DNA of 64,000 bases from Candidatus Neoanaerotignum galli (lineage in GTDB: Bacteria > Bacillota > Clostridia > Lachnospirales > Anaerotignaceae), in NCBI GenBank assembly GCA_904381335.1, contig CAJFIN010000002.1, positions 34,147 to 98,146 on the forward strand, read 5' to 3'. The notes under the pieces are model-generated. The model had not been told where the DNA came from and did not search any database. It saw only the letters and a program-made list of their open reading frames with translations. Position numbers and translations under genes: made by a program. The number at the start of each line of letters is the position of its first letter. The stretch's first letter is position 1. Below, piece after piece: positions 49,337 to 57,832 of the stretch.

Positions 49337-49626
49337 GGCCAATTCTCCTTTCTTCCCCACTTTTCCTTTTCCCGGGGTACTTCCTAGGAAATATTATACC
49401 CGAAAGCAGGCGCCTTGCAAAGAGATTTTACCGCATTTCTCCTTTGACCCTTTTTTCTGCCTTTTTCCTTCCTAAAAAAAAGAAAAAAACAAAATAATCC
49501 TATATTTTCCTAAATTTTAGTTGCGGCTAACACATTTGCCTTCTCTTTCTCCATTCTCCAGTCTTTGATGCAGATTCGTCCGATTTTCTTTGCAGAAAAA
49601 AACCGATTTTTTTTTTGGAAAATCTC

Positions 49627-49655
49627 TTGACAAGTGCCTCGCTTTAATTTATAAT
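49627..49655 (+). promoter_or_regulatory. Consensus sigma-A promoter of rubrerythrin (TTGACA-17-TATAAT)
   Basis: Both hexamers match consensus perfectly with a 17-nt spacer. The promoter lies about 70 nt upstream of the ATG. Confidence 0.65.
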
Positions 49656-49663
49656 GATTCTCA
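49649..49663. promoter_or_regulatory. PerR/Fur-like box overlapping the -10
   Basis: TTATAATGATTCTCA differs from the Bacillus Per-box consensus TTATAATNATTATAA at 2 of 14 specified positions. Confidence 0.4.
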
Positions 49664-49723
49664 GTTAAGAATAAATTAACTTTCAACCTATGTGATCTAT
49701 GTATCAAAGGAGGAAAACAAATC

Positions 49724-50266
49724 ATGAGTAAATTCGTATGTTCCGTTTGCGGTTATGTGTATGAAGGCGAAAACCCACCAGAAAAATGTCCTATCTGCGG
49801 CGCTCCTGCTGAAAAGTTCGTAAAACAGGGCGACACCAAAGTTTGGGCTTCTGAACATGTCGTGGGCGTTGCTAAAGGTGTAAGCGAAGATATCCTGGCT
49901 GACCTGAGAGCAAACTTCGAAGGCGAATGCTCTGAAGTTGGCATGTATCTGGCTATGGCTCGCGTAGCTCATCGCGAAGGCTATCCTGAAATTGGTATGT
50001 ACTATGAAAAAGCTGCTTACGAAGAAGCTGAACATGCCGCTAAATTTGCTGAACTTCTGGGCGAAGTCGTTACCGACTCCACCAAGAAAAATCTGGAAAT
50101 GCGCGTAGAAGCTGAACATGGCGCTACCGCCGGCAAGACCGACCTTGCAAAACGCGCAAAAGCAGCTAACCTGGATGCTATCCATGACACCGTTCACGAA
50201 ATGGCTCGTGACGAGGCCCGCCATGGCAAAGCATTTGAAGGTCTGCTGAAGAGATATTTCGGCTAA
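49724..50266 (+). CDS. rbr: Reverse rubrerythrin (N-terminal rubredoxin domain plus ferritin-like diiron domain)
   Basis: The N-terminal CSVCG...CPICG rubredoxin motif is followed by ExxH diiron motifs ([18 protein letters not shown]). The domain order is reversed relative to classical Rbr. Confidence 0.9.
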   Translation: MSKFVCSVCGYVYEGENPPEKCPICGAPAEKFVKQGDTKVWASEHVVGVAKGVSEDILADLRANFEGECSEVGMYLAMARVAHREGYPEIGMYYEKAAYEEAEHAAKFAELLGEVVTDSTKKNLEMRVEAEHGATAGKTDLAKRAKAANLDAIHDTVHEMARDEARHGKAFEGLLKRYFG

Positions 50267-50279
50267 TTTTATCATCTCA

Positions 50280-50314
50280 ACGGGGCAGTGTGTTTACGCT
50301 GTCCCGTTTTATTT
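50280..50314 (+). terminator. Hairpin after rubrerythrin
   Basis: The stem ACGGGGCAG/CTGTCCCGT has one mismatch and is followed by a T-rich tract. Confidence 0.6.
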
Positions 50315-50346
50315 ACCCTACAAGACAAAGAAAGCGAGGGAATCCC

Positions 50347-50856
50347 ATGGACGAAAAAGTAAAAGAACTGCTATTGGCACAAGTCAACAAGGAATTTTTC
50401 AGCGCCTATCTGTATCTAGGTATGGCAAACTACTACATCGATCAAGATTTAGATGGCTTTGGCAACTGGTATAATATCCAGGCGCAGGAAGAACGGGATC
50501 ATGCCCTTCTGTTCATCCAATACCTACAAAACAATAGCGTGCCTGTGGTACTGGAAGCCATCGAACGGCCGGACCAACAGTATGATAGCCCCATTGATCC
50601 TCTGCTGAAGGGCTTAGAACACGAAAAATATGTCACCGGTCTAATTAATACCATCTATGATGCGGCTTACAGCGTAAAAGATTTTCGGACCATGCAGTTT
50701 TTAGATTGGTTTGTCAAAGAGCAAGGCGAGGAAGAAACAACCGCTGATTCTCTCATCAAAAAATACCGCCTGTATGGCAATGATCCTAGAAGCCTCTATC
50801 TGCTTAATCAAGAATTGGCAGGGCGGGTATATAGCGCTCCTACGCTGACACTTTAA
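50347..50856 (+). CDS. Ferritin (non-heme, Ftn-type)
   Basis: The product shows the pattern LLAQVNKEFFSAYLYLGMANY...QAQEERDHA...EHEKYVT. I chose the ATG at 50347 because GAGGGA lies upstream. Confidence 0.85.
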   Translation: MDEKVKELLLAQVNKEFFSAYLYLGMANYYIDQDLDGFGNWYNIQAQEERDHALLFIQYLQNNSVPVVLEAIERPDQQYDSPIDPLLKGLEHEKYVTGLINTIYDAAYSVKDFRTMQFLDWFVKEQGEEETTADSLIKKYRLYGNDPRSLYLLNQELAGRVYSAPTLTL

Positions 50857-50877
50857 ACTTGCTTCACTTTCTTTTGT

Positions 50878-50903
50878 GGGAACCATAAGGTTCCCCTTTT
50901 TTC
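50878..50903 (+). terminator. Terminator of ferritin
   Basis: The stem GGGAACC-ATAA-GGTTCCC is followed by CTTTTTT. Confidence 0.8.
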
Positions 50904-51202
50904 TTTGGCTGTTGTTTTCTCCCCCCATTGAGGTATAAATCACTTCTATTGTGGGATGGTATAGACCAGCCGATATCGGTTTAGATTTCATGGTATGGTT
51001 ACACAAAGGCGGCTGCCACATATAGCAGCACTTAGGCGCGGCTTTCTTTTCCAGCAACGCTGCTCTTGTCTTTTTCCATCGCATCCAGCTCCATCAGCAG
51101 CATTGCCGAATCAGCCCATAGGGTTAAGCAAACGGCATCTCTAATTTTGTGCCGTTTCCTCGCCAATGGTTTTCCTATGTTCCTTTGTGGATTTATGTTT
51201 AA

Positions 51203-51235
51203 AACAAAAAAAGCGGAGAAGCTAGCTTCTCCGCT
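51203..51235 (-). terminator. Terminator immediately after tRNA-Arg
   Basis: The palindromic stem AGCGGAGAAGCT/AGCTTCTCCGCT is followed by a T-run on the minus strand. Confidence 0.8.
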
Positions 51236-51240
51236 CATCC

Positions 51241-51313
51241 TGCACCCTACTGGATTTGAACCAGCGGCCTTTCGGTCCGGAGCCGAACGCTCTATCCACT
51301 GAGCTAAGGGTGC
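51241..51313 (-). tRNA. tRNA-Arg (anticodon CCG)
   Basis: I folded the 73-nt cloverleaf by hand. It reads GCACCCT-TA-GCTC-AGTGGATA-GAGC-G-TTCGG-CTCCGGA-CCGAA-AGGCC-GCTGG-TTCAAAT-CCAGT-AGGGTGC-A. No CCA is encoded. Confidence 0.9.
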
Positions 51314-51330
51314 ATTTCCATTACCTATAT

Positions 51331-51359
51331 ATTTTACAAGGATTTCATATTTTTGTCAA
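51331..51359 (-). promoter_or_regulatory. Putative sigma-A promoter of tRNA-Arg (TTGACA-17-TAAAAT)
   Basis: On the minus strand TTGACA lies at 51359-51354 and TAAAAT at 51336-51331, about 18 nt upstream of the tRNA 5' end. Confidence 0.55.
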
Positions 51360-51472
51360 CACTGTATTTGAAAAAGCGCTGTCTTTTACCGTCCCATTTT
51401 ATTTTTCAGCTTCAGCCACAAGGCTGTTCTTTCTGTTTTCTATGGCAAAGCTATTTCCCCAAGGAGGACTTA

Positions 51473-52615
51473 ATGAAAATCACCGGTATTTATGGCGGAC
51501 AATTTTTTGATCCCTTGGCAGAAACTCTTCTGCCCTGCGATCTTTTATTGCATGACGGCATACTGGTAGAAGCCGGGCCCCACCTCAGCCGACAAGATGC
51601 AGCTATTCGTATTTTAGCAGAAGGGCTTTGGTTTTCCCCCGGCTGGGTGGATGCCCATGTGCATTTATTTCACGCTCCAGGCCATTTGGGCCTGCCTGCC
51701 GTTCCTCACTGCCTGATGAACGGCGTGACATATGCCATCGATGCAGGGTCGGCTGGAGCGGCAGACTTTGCCCATTTTCACCAGCATATCCTTTCTGCCC
51801 TTCCCCTGAGGCATAAGGCATTTCTTCACTGTGCCTTACCTGGAGCTCTGCCTACAGAGCCCGGAGAACTATCTAGCTTAGCTGCTTTAGACAAGGATGC
51901 TTTCACCGCAGTTTCCACTGCCTTTTCTGATGAAATTTTAGGCGGCAAACTGCGTCTAAACCCTGGCGTCTGTCCTCAACATCCAGAACAGGCCTTAGAT
52001 GAAGCCCTGGAGATGACAGGCCAGCTCGGCCTTCCCCTGGAAGTACATCCGAATTTTGCCCCCATCCCCACAACCGTTCTCTTAAACGCCTTACGGCCCG
52101 GCGACATTTATACGCATACCTTTCACGATTCTTCCATTGGTATTTTAAATACCCATGGCCAAATCAAAGACAGCGTCTGGCAAGCCCAACATCGCGGCAT
52201 TCTTTTTGACACTGCCCATGGCGGCAGCAGCCTTTCTTTTCCCGTCATGCAAGCAGCTCTTGCCCAAGGATTTTTGCCAGATTTCATTTCTTCCGACCTC
52301 CATAATGGTTCCTATCCCACACCAGTTAGCAGTTTAGCAGAGGTCATGAGTAAGTTTCTAGCCTTTGGCCTTTCTCCCGCCCAGATTCTTCATCGGGTGA
52401 CCCTCGGGCCAGCAAAAGCCTTAGACCTAAAGGATAAACGGCTCGTCCTACAAAAAGGGGAAATGACGGCACTGACTTTTTTCCGTTTTGCAGAAGGCGC
52501 TGTTTCTTTTACAGATGGCCTAGGCCATTACAAAACCGGCCTTTCTCGATTTGTGCCTGTTTTTACTCTGCTTGATGGATTTTGGTATGCCCGTGAGCCC
52601 CTTCAAACCTGTTAG
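51473..52615 (+). CDS. Amidohydrolase/deacetylase-family metallohydrolase (dihydroorotase-like)
   Basis: The HxH motif is GWVDAHVHLF. AAGGAGGA lies 6 nt upstream of the ATG at 51473; the longer ORF from 51353 overlaps the tRNA promoter. Confidence 0.7.
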   Translation: MKITGIYGGQFFDPLAETLLPCDLLLHDGILVEAGPHLSRQDAAIRILAEGLWFSPGWVDAHVHLFHAPGHLGLPAVPHCLMNGVTYAIDAGSAGAADFAHFHQHILSALPLRHKAFLHCALPGALPTEPGELSSLAALDKDAFTAVSTAFSDEILGGKLRLNPGVCPQHPEQALDEALEMTGQLGLPLEVHPNFAPIPTTVLLNALRPGDIYTHTFHDSSIGILNTHGQIKDSVWQAQHRGILFDTAHGGSSLSFPVMQAALAQGFLPDFISSDLHNGSYPTPVSSLAEVMSKFLAFGLSPAQILHRVTLGPAKALDLKDKRLVLQKGEMTALTFFRFAEGAVSFTDGLGHYKTGLSRFVPVFTLLDGFWYAREPLQTC

Positions 52616-53145
52616 GAAGGAAAAAACAGCTTCACTGCGCCATAAGCACCAGCCATACCCGCCAAATTGGCAAAAATAGCCCCTTTTAATATATAGCGGC
52701 CATCTTTGATCCCTACTTTCATCAAATAAATACTCATGGTATAAAGCACCGTCTCCGTGGCGCCCAACATCACACTGGCAATCCGTCCGGAAAAGGAATC
52801 CGGGCCTGCCGTTTGCAATAGATCCAAAAATAGGCCTGTTGCAGCAGAAGAAGAAAAAAACTTCATCAGTCCCAAGGGAATCAATTCTGCTGGAAAACCA
52901 GTAAAGGCGATTACCTGTCCCAGTATGCTGCCCATGAGGTCTAAAAATCCGCTGCCCCGCAGTGCTCCCACCGCCGTCAGCAATCCCACCATGGTCGGCA
53001 AAATTTCGATGGAAAGGCGTAGCCCTTCCTTGGCGCCCCGACAAAACACAGCAAAAATGTCTTGCCCTTGCCACAGTCCCCATCCCACAATCAAAGCCGC
53101 CGTTAGTGGCAGTATCAGTCGAGAAACCATTGCTGCTGCTTCCAT
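52612..53145 (-). CDS. spmB: Spore maturation protein B (nucleoside-recognition-domain membrane protein)
   Basis: The polytopic protein immediately follows spmA. I chose the ATG at 53145, 2 nt after the spmA stop. Confidence 0.8.
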   Translation of the reverse strand: MEAAAMVSRLILPLTAALIVGWGLWQGQDIFAVFCRGAKEGLRLSIEILPTMVGLLTAVGALRGSGFLDLMGSILGQVIAFTGFPAELIPLGLMKFFSSSAATGLFLDLLQTAGPDSFSGRIASVMLGATETVLYTMSIYLMKVGIKDGRYILKGAIFANLAGMAGAYGAVKLFFPS

Positions 53146-53146
53146 A

Positions 53147-53734
53147 TTAATCCTGTTCCCTCCCTTCTTTCCATCGGGCATAGAGCACTCCTGCTACGGT
53201 AGAACAAGTGGTTGCCAAAAGCGTGGGCAATACGATCTCTGTGGGTGATGCACTGCCGGCTTGAGCCCGATAGGCTATGATATTCATACTCATCAGCTGT
53301 ACGGAAGACATATTGATGATCAGAAACATACACATTGCTTTCGTTGCTCGTCCCGGATGGGGATTGAATGTTTCTAACTGTTCCATTGCCCTTAATCCTG
53401 CCGGCGTAGCCGCTGCACCTAAGCCAAAAAAATTGGCCGCCAAATTCACTGCCATCTCCGTCATTGCCGGATGATCTGGCGGCACAGAGGGAAAAAGACG
53501 CCGCAGCAGCGGCTGAATGGCCTCTTCCAGTCTCGTCAACAGCCCACCCTCTTTTGCTATGGCCATCATCCCTGTCCAAAAAGCCATCAGTCCCATGGTA
53601 GAAAGCGTCATGATAACGGCGTTTTGCCCACTGTCCACCAGTCTTTCTGTCACTTCTGCCGCCCGTCCCGTCACGATACCATATCCCACCGCCAGCAGCA
53701 TCATGCCGCCCCATAAATACCGCAGCATGTCCAT
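53147..53734 (-). CDS. spmA: Spore maturation protein A
   Basis: The 195-aa product begins with the SpmA-type sequence LRYLWGGMMLLAVGYGIVTGR. It is paired with spmB. Confidence 0.85.
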   Translation of the reverse strand: MDMLRYLWGGMMLLAVGYGIVTGRAAEVTERLVDSGQNAVIMTLSTMGLMAFWTGMMAIAKEGGLLTRLEEAIQPLLRRLFPSVPPDHPAMTEMAVNLAANFFGLGAAATPAGLRAMEQLETFNPHPGRATKAMCMFLIINMSSVQLMSMNIIAYRAQAGSASPTEIVLPTLLATTCSTVAGVLYARWKEGREQD

Positions 53735-53846
53735 CGCCTCCTTTTTTTCACCTTATGCGATGGGTTTGGCAAAAAGAACTTTCTTTCTATCTATCCCAAA
53801 TCTATCCTGATGAGAGGCTAAGCGAAGGACTTTATCCATAGAAAAT

Positions 53847-53887
53847 AAAAAACGCCGGCCCACTGCCCTTTGGCAGCAAACCAGCGC
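53847..53887 (-). terminator. Hairpin after the kor operon
   Basis: A nested stem around CTGCC-CTTT-GGCAG is followed by a T-run on the minus strand. Confidence 0.55.
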
Positions 53888-53927
53888 CTTTTGCTATATG
53901 TTATGAGTGTTTCTTCGCAGAAACGGA

Positions 53928-54455
53928 TTATTTCTCATCGAAATGATAGCCTGCTTCCAGAGCCTTGATGTTAGCTTCTACCAAAGCGGGTTTCATTTTT
54001 GCAGCAACAACTGCTTTTGCATCTTCCAGATCTACAATGTGCATGGTCTTTACTACAGCACCCAGTGCTACCATGTTTGCAGAACGAGCGGTAGCTACTT
54101 CTGTAGCAATCTCAGTGAAGGGGATTTCCAACACCTTGATGTCCGTTCTATCCGCTTTTTTGTTAATCATAGAGCTGTTGATAATCAGAGTGCCACCTGG
54201 TTTTACTTTGCTTTCATAGTCATCAAAAGACTTTTCATCCATTACCAGGATGGTGTCAGCTTCGCCGATGATGGGAGAGCCCATTTCTTCGGAGATAACT
54301 ACCTGGCAGCTAGCACGGCCGCCTCTTTTTTCCTGACCATAAGCAGGAGAAAGGGTTACATTCAGGCCTTTTTTTGCAGCAGCGGTGCAAACCATTTTGC
54401 CCATCAGGATGGTGCCCTGACCGCCGATACCGGAAAAGATAATTTCATTTTTCAT
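53928..54455 (-). CDS. 2-oxoacid:ferredoxin oxidoreductase gamma subunit
   Basis: The 175-aa product begins with the typical IIFSGIGGQGTILMG. Confidence 0.85.
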   Translation of the reverse strand: MKNEIIFSGIGGQGTILMGKMVCTAAAKKGLNVTLSPAYGQEKRGGRASCQVVISEEMGSPIIGEADTILVMDEKSFDDYESKVKPGGTLIINSSMINKKADRTDIKVLEIPFTEIATEVATARSANMVALGAVVKTMHIVDLEDAKAVVAAKMKPALVEANIKALEAGYHFDEK

Positions 54456-54456
54456 C

Positions 54457-55215
54457 TTATTTTTCCTCCTTTCCCATATCCTTGAACACGCCCAGAGGAT
54501 AGGTGGACAAAACGCTGTCGGTGAGCCATTCCAAAGCTTTCAGAGGTTTCATGTTCCAGCCGGTAGGACAGGGAGAAACCACTTCTACAAACGTCAGGCC
54601 TTTGCCTTCCATCTGATACTGGAATGCTTTTTTGATGGCAGCTTTCATTTTGCGGATATTGCCAGGATTGTTTACCGTTACCCGTTCGCTATAGTAGCAT
54701 TCAGGAAGCGTAGCAATCAATTCAGCCATGTTAACAGGACGGCCAGTGTAAGTTTCTTCACGGCCATAAGGCGTGGTGCTGGTGTGCTGGCCCATCAACG
54801 TGGTAGGAGCCATCTGGCCGCCAGTCATACCATAGATTGCGTTGTTTACGAAAATTACAGTGAATTTTTCACCGCGGATACCCGCATGCATGATTTCTGC
54901 CATACCTTCAGAAACCATATCGCCATCGCCCTGGTAAGCAACAACCAGGTTTTCCGGCGTAGCACGTTTGATACCCGTAGCTACTGCAGGTGCACGGCCA
55001 TGCAGTGCGCAAATGCAGTCGGTGTTGAAATATTTGTCTGCGTATACAGAGCAGCCGATGGGCCATACGATAACGGAATTATCGGTCCAGTTGTTTTCTT
55101 CAATTACTTCACCAAGTACTTTATTGATGATGCCGTGACCGCAGCCACCGCAGTATTTCATATATTCATCCGTAAAAATTTCGGGTCTTTTATAAACGAT
55201 GCTCATCAATTCCAC
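54457..55215 (-). CDS. 2-oxoacid:ferredoxin oxidoreductase beta subunit (TPP-binding)
   Basis: The motifs are CGGCGHG and the TPP motif GDGD...NN. Confidence 0.88.
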   Translation of the reverse strand: MELMSIVYKRPEIFTDEYMKYCGGCGHGIINKVLGEVIEENNWTDNSVIVWPIGCSVYADKYFNTDCICALHGRAPAVATGIKRATPENLVVAYQGDGDMVSEGMAEIMHAGIRGEKFTVIFVNNAIYGMTGGQMAPTTLMGQHTSTTPYGREETYTGRPVNMAELIATLPECYYSERVTVNNPGNIRKMKAAIKKAFQYQMEGKGLTFVEVVSPCPTGWNMKPLKALEWLTDSVLSTYPLGVFKDMGKEEK

Positions 55216-55225
55216 CTCCTACTGA

Positions 55226-56278
55226 TTACAGATACAGTTCGCAAAGTTTGTTGTAGATTTCCATGGGGCTAGGGGTAATACCACCAAGACGACCATAAAA
55301 TTCTACATTGTCTCTGTCGGTGTCTTTTACTGCCAATTTTACATCTTCCACCATCTGGCCGGAGTTGAGCTCGGTTACAAAATACTTCTTGCCGGAGAAT
55401 TTCTCAAAGGCTTTTACGGGGAAGGGCCACAGGGTGATGGGACGAAGCAGACCAACTTTCAGGCCTTTTTCTCTAGCCATCTTCATAGCATCCATGCAAA
55501 CTCTGGAATATACGCCGAAAGCAACAATGATGATGTCTGCATCATCGGTGTTATATTCTTCCCATCTCTGTTCATTTTCTCTGATCTGCGCATATTTTGC
55601 TTGCAGGTGGAGGTTGAATTTCTCCCACTGTTCTGGGCCGTCACCGCAGGTGGTAATGTCGTTACGATGAGATCTGCCATGCATACCATCTACAGCCCAA
55701 TCCTGTCTAGCAGGACCCTGGCTTCTGCCGGGCAGCACTACATTTTCCATCATTTTGGACAACGTACCATCGCTGGCAACCACAACGGGGTTAAGATATT
55801 TTTCAGCCAGTTCAAAGGACAGAGGAGCAAAGTCAGCATATTCCTGTACAGAATAAGGAGCCAATACGATGGTGCGGTAGTCACCATGGCCGCCGCCTTT
55901 GGTCAGCTGGAAATAGTCGCCCTGAGAACCCAGGATTTCACCATCAGCCGGGCCGGGACGCATTACATCTACAATAACAGAAGGCAGGCTAGCTGCGGAC
56001 ATATAGCTCATCGCTTCGCAGCCCAGAGAAAAGCCCGGGCCGGAGGTAGCTGTCATGCCTCTCTTACCAGTAGCGGCAACACCAGCCACCATATTAAATG
56101 CAGATACTTCCGTTTCAGCCTGAATAAACACAAGGCCTTCTTCGGGTGCCTTTTTTGCATAATATTCTGGGATTTCACTTGATGGCGTGATTGGATAACC
56201 AAAGAAATATTTACATCCGGAACGAATCGCAGATTCTGCAAAGGCTTCATTGCCCTGCATAAAAACTTTTTCACCCAT
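55226..56278 (-). CDS. 2-oxoacid:ferredoxin oxidoreductase alpha subunit
   Basis: The 350-aa product begins with the N-terminal pattern MQGNEAFAESAIRSGCKYFFGYPITPSSEI. Confidence 0.88.
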   Translation of the reverse strand: MGEKVFMQGNEAFAESAIRSGCKYFFGYPITPSSEIPEYYAKKAPEEGLVFIQAETEVSAFNMVAGVAATGKRGMTATSGPGFSLGCEAMSYMSAASLPSVIVDVMRPGPADGEILGSQGDYFQLTKGGGHGDYRTIVLAPYSVQEYADFAPLSFELAEKYLNPVVVASDGTLSKMMENVVLPGRSQGPARQDWAVDGMHGRSHRNDITTCGDGPEQWEKFNLHLQAKYAQIRENEQRWEEYNTDDADIIIVAFGVYSRVCMDAMKMAREKGLKVGLLRPITLWPFPVKAFEKFSGKKYFVTELNSGQMVEDVKLAVKDTDRDNVEFYGRLGGITPSPMEIYNKLCELYL

Positions 56279-56290
56279 GTTCTTTCCTCC

Positions 56291-56512
56291 TTACACGTTT
56301 TTTTCTACCATGATCGCGCCTTCCGGACATACGGTGGCACAAATGCCGCAGGCGATGCAATCTGTCATGTCAACTGCTTGTACTGCATAGTAGCCTTTTT
56401 TGTTTACGGTATCGCTTTTTTTCAGGATCGTTTTCTTCGGGCAAAAATGCAGGCAATACTCACATTCTTTGCACATTTCGCGGTTCACTGTCACGCGGTT
56501 CATACTGTTCAC
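56291..56512 (-). CDS. 2-oxoacid:ferredoxin oxidoreductase delta subunit (2x[4Fe-4S] ferredoxin)
   Basis: Two CxxCxxCxxxCP motifs are present (CKECEYCLHFCP, CIACGICATVCP). Confidence 0.88.
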   Translation of the reverse strand: MNSMNRVTVNREMCKECEYCLHFCPKKTILKKSDTVNKKGYYAVQAVDMTDCIACGICATVCPEGAIMVEKNV

Positions 56513-56576
56513 TCCTTTTACATGACCTTGGTTTTGTTTTTCCAGAGCGGACCAAAAAGCGGAAGGACGGCAAGTT

Positions 56577-56593
56577 GTTCCAATATTTAGAAC
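56577..56593. promoter_or_regulatory. Operator-like palindrome 1: GTTCCAATATTTAGAAC
   Basis: This is a 7-3-7 inverted repeat with one arm mismatch. It lies about +20 to +36 relative to the kor promoter. Confidence 0.55.
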
Positions 56594-56619
56594 GCCTTTC
56601 CACGTTTTTGTCTAGCTTT

Positions 56620-56648
56620 ATTATAGTAACGGGCCCGAAAAATGTCAA
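56620..56648 (-). promoter_or_regulatory. Consensus sigma-A promoter of the kor operon (TTGACA-17-TATAAT)
   Basis: Both minus-strand hexamers match consensus perfectly with a 17-nt spacer. Confidence 0.65.
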
Positions 56649-56681
56649 TGGTCTTTTCCTGAAAATTACCGCATGATTTTC

Positions 56682-56710
56682 TTGCTTTTTTTGTGAGTAA
56701 TCTATATAAT
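56682..56710 (+). promoter_or_regulatory. Putative sigma-A promoter of iclR (TTGCTT-17-TATAAT)
   Basis: The hexamers were read directly and have a 17-nt spacer. Confidence 0.55.
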
Positions 56711-56719
56711 GATACATGA

Positions 56720-56736
56720 GTTCTAATATTTAGAAC
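56720..56736. promoter_or_regulatory. Operator-like palindrome 2: GTTCTAATATTTAGAAC
   Basis: This is a perfect 7-3-7 inverted repeat. It begins about 10 nt after the iclR -10 hexamer. Confidence 0.55.
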
Positions 56737-56782
56737 TCCATCGCGTCAGCCTGTGTATCATCTGATTTTTCGGAGGTGCCTT

Positions 56783-57574
56783 ATGGAATCTTTTGAACAT
56801 ATTCCCAAATACCCTGTCCAAACCCTGGCCAAAGCCTTGGATATTTTGCGTTACCTAAAAGATAACTCTTCCACCGAAGGCGTTTCCATCAGTGAAATCA
56901 GCCGTGCCCTCACCATCGGCAAAAGCGGCGTCCATCGAACGCTGGACACTCTGATGGCTTATGGGTTTGTGGAAAAAGCCGGCGCAAACTCCACAAACTA
57001 TCTGCTGGGCTGGGGACTTTTTGATGCAGGCAACGCCGTACCCAAACAGCACACTTTAAATGGCGCCAATTATATTCCTCAATTAGAAAAGCTTTGTAAT
57101 CGGTTTAGCGAAACCGTCAATATGGGTGTTTTTAATCAATACGAAACGGTCATTATCTGTAAAATTGAGCCAAATATTAAGCTTCGTACCAATACCCAAG
57201 TGGGAGAACGGGAGCCGCTGTATGCCACGGCCCTAGGTAAGCTTTTCTTGTCCGATTTTTCTCCGGAGGAGCTTGCAGAATATTTTGCCAACATCGATGC
57301 TTCTCCGCTTGCCGCTAATACCATCACTACCCTGGCATTTATGCAGCGGGAAGTGGCACAGATTCGCCGCCAGGGTTATGCCTTAGATAACGAAGAATAC
57401 GTAGATGGCATGATTTGTTTTGCCATGCCCATCCGGGACTTTACTGGCAAAACCATTTCCGGCATCTCTGTCAGCGGACCGGCCCGGCGGATGACGCCGG
57501 AAAAACTAGAAAATATTAAGGAAAGTCTTGCCCCAGTCTGTCAAAAACTATCTGCTTTTTTGGGCTACAATTAA
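56783..57574 (+). CDS. IclR-family transcriptional regulator
   Basis: An N-terminal winged HTH (LAKALDILRYL...ISEISRALTIGKSGVHRTLDTL) is followed by an IclR effector domain. GGAGGTG lies upstream of the ATG at 56783. Confidence 0.85.
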   Translation: MESFEHIPKYPVQTLAKALDILRYLKDNSSTEGVSISEISRALTIGKSGVHRTLDTLMAYGFVEKAGANSTNYLLGWGLFDAGNAVPKQHTLNGANYIPQLEKLCNRFSETVNMGVFNQYETVIICKIEPNIKLRTNTQVGEREPLYATALGKLFLSDFSPEELAEYFANIDASPLAANTITTLAFMQREVAQIRRQGYALDNEEYVDGMICFAMPIRDFTGKTISGISVSGPARRMTPEKLENIKESLAPVCQKLSAFLGYN

Positions 57575-57616
57575 ATTGCTGTTCTCTTTTCGCCCAAAAC
57601 GAACTGTAAACAAACC

Positions 57617-57659
57617 AAACGGCCCCATTCTTCTGTTTTTACAAAGAATGGGGCCGTTT
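57617..57659. terminator. Long hairpin between iclR and the convergent DMT gene
   Basis: A 16-bp perfect stem AAACGGCCCCATTCTT/AAGAATGGGGCCGTTT encloses an 11-nt loop. Confidence 0.75.
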
Positions 57660-57832
57660 GAGTATCAAAGGCATGCCCTTATACTGCTCCCATGAATAGG
57701 CCAGGGGGGGCTGCTCCCTATCCTGACAATGGCAGGGAACATGAATGATTTTACTGACATGATTGCCCTTGCTGTCTTTTGATTGTTTCGTATTTATTTA
57801 TTTATGGTAGAAATGGTACTGCGGATTTCGCG

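Noticed and set aside
49510-49725. 71-aa minus-strand ORF upstream of rubrerythrin
   Set aside because: It overlaps the rbr promoter and leader, has no RBS and matches no recognisable family.
51241-51313. tRNA-Arg as the attachment site of an integrated element
   Set aside because: There is no integrase, excisionase or phage gene on either side, and I see no direct repeat of the tRNA 3' end in the flanks. The flanking genes are ordinary housekeeping genes.
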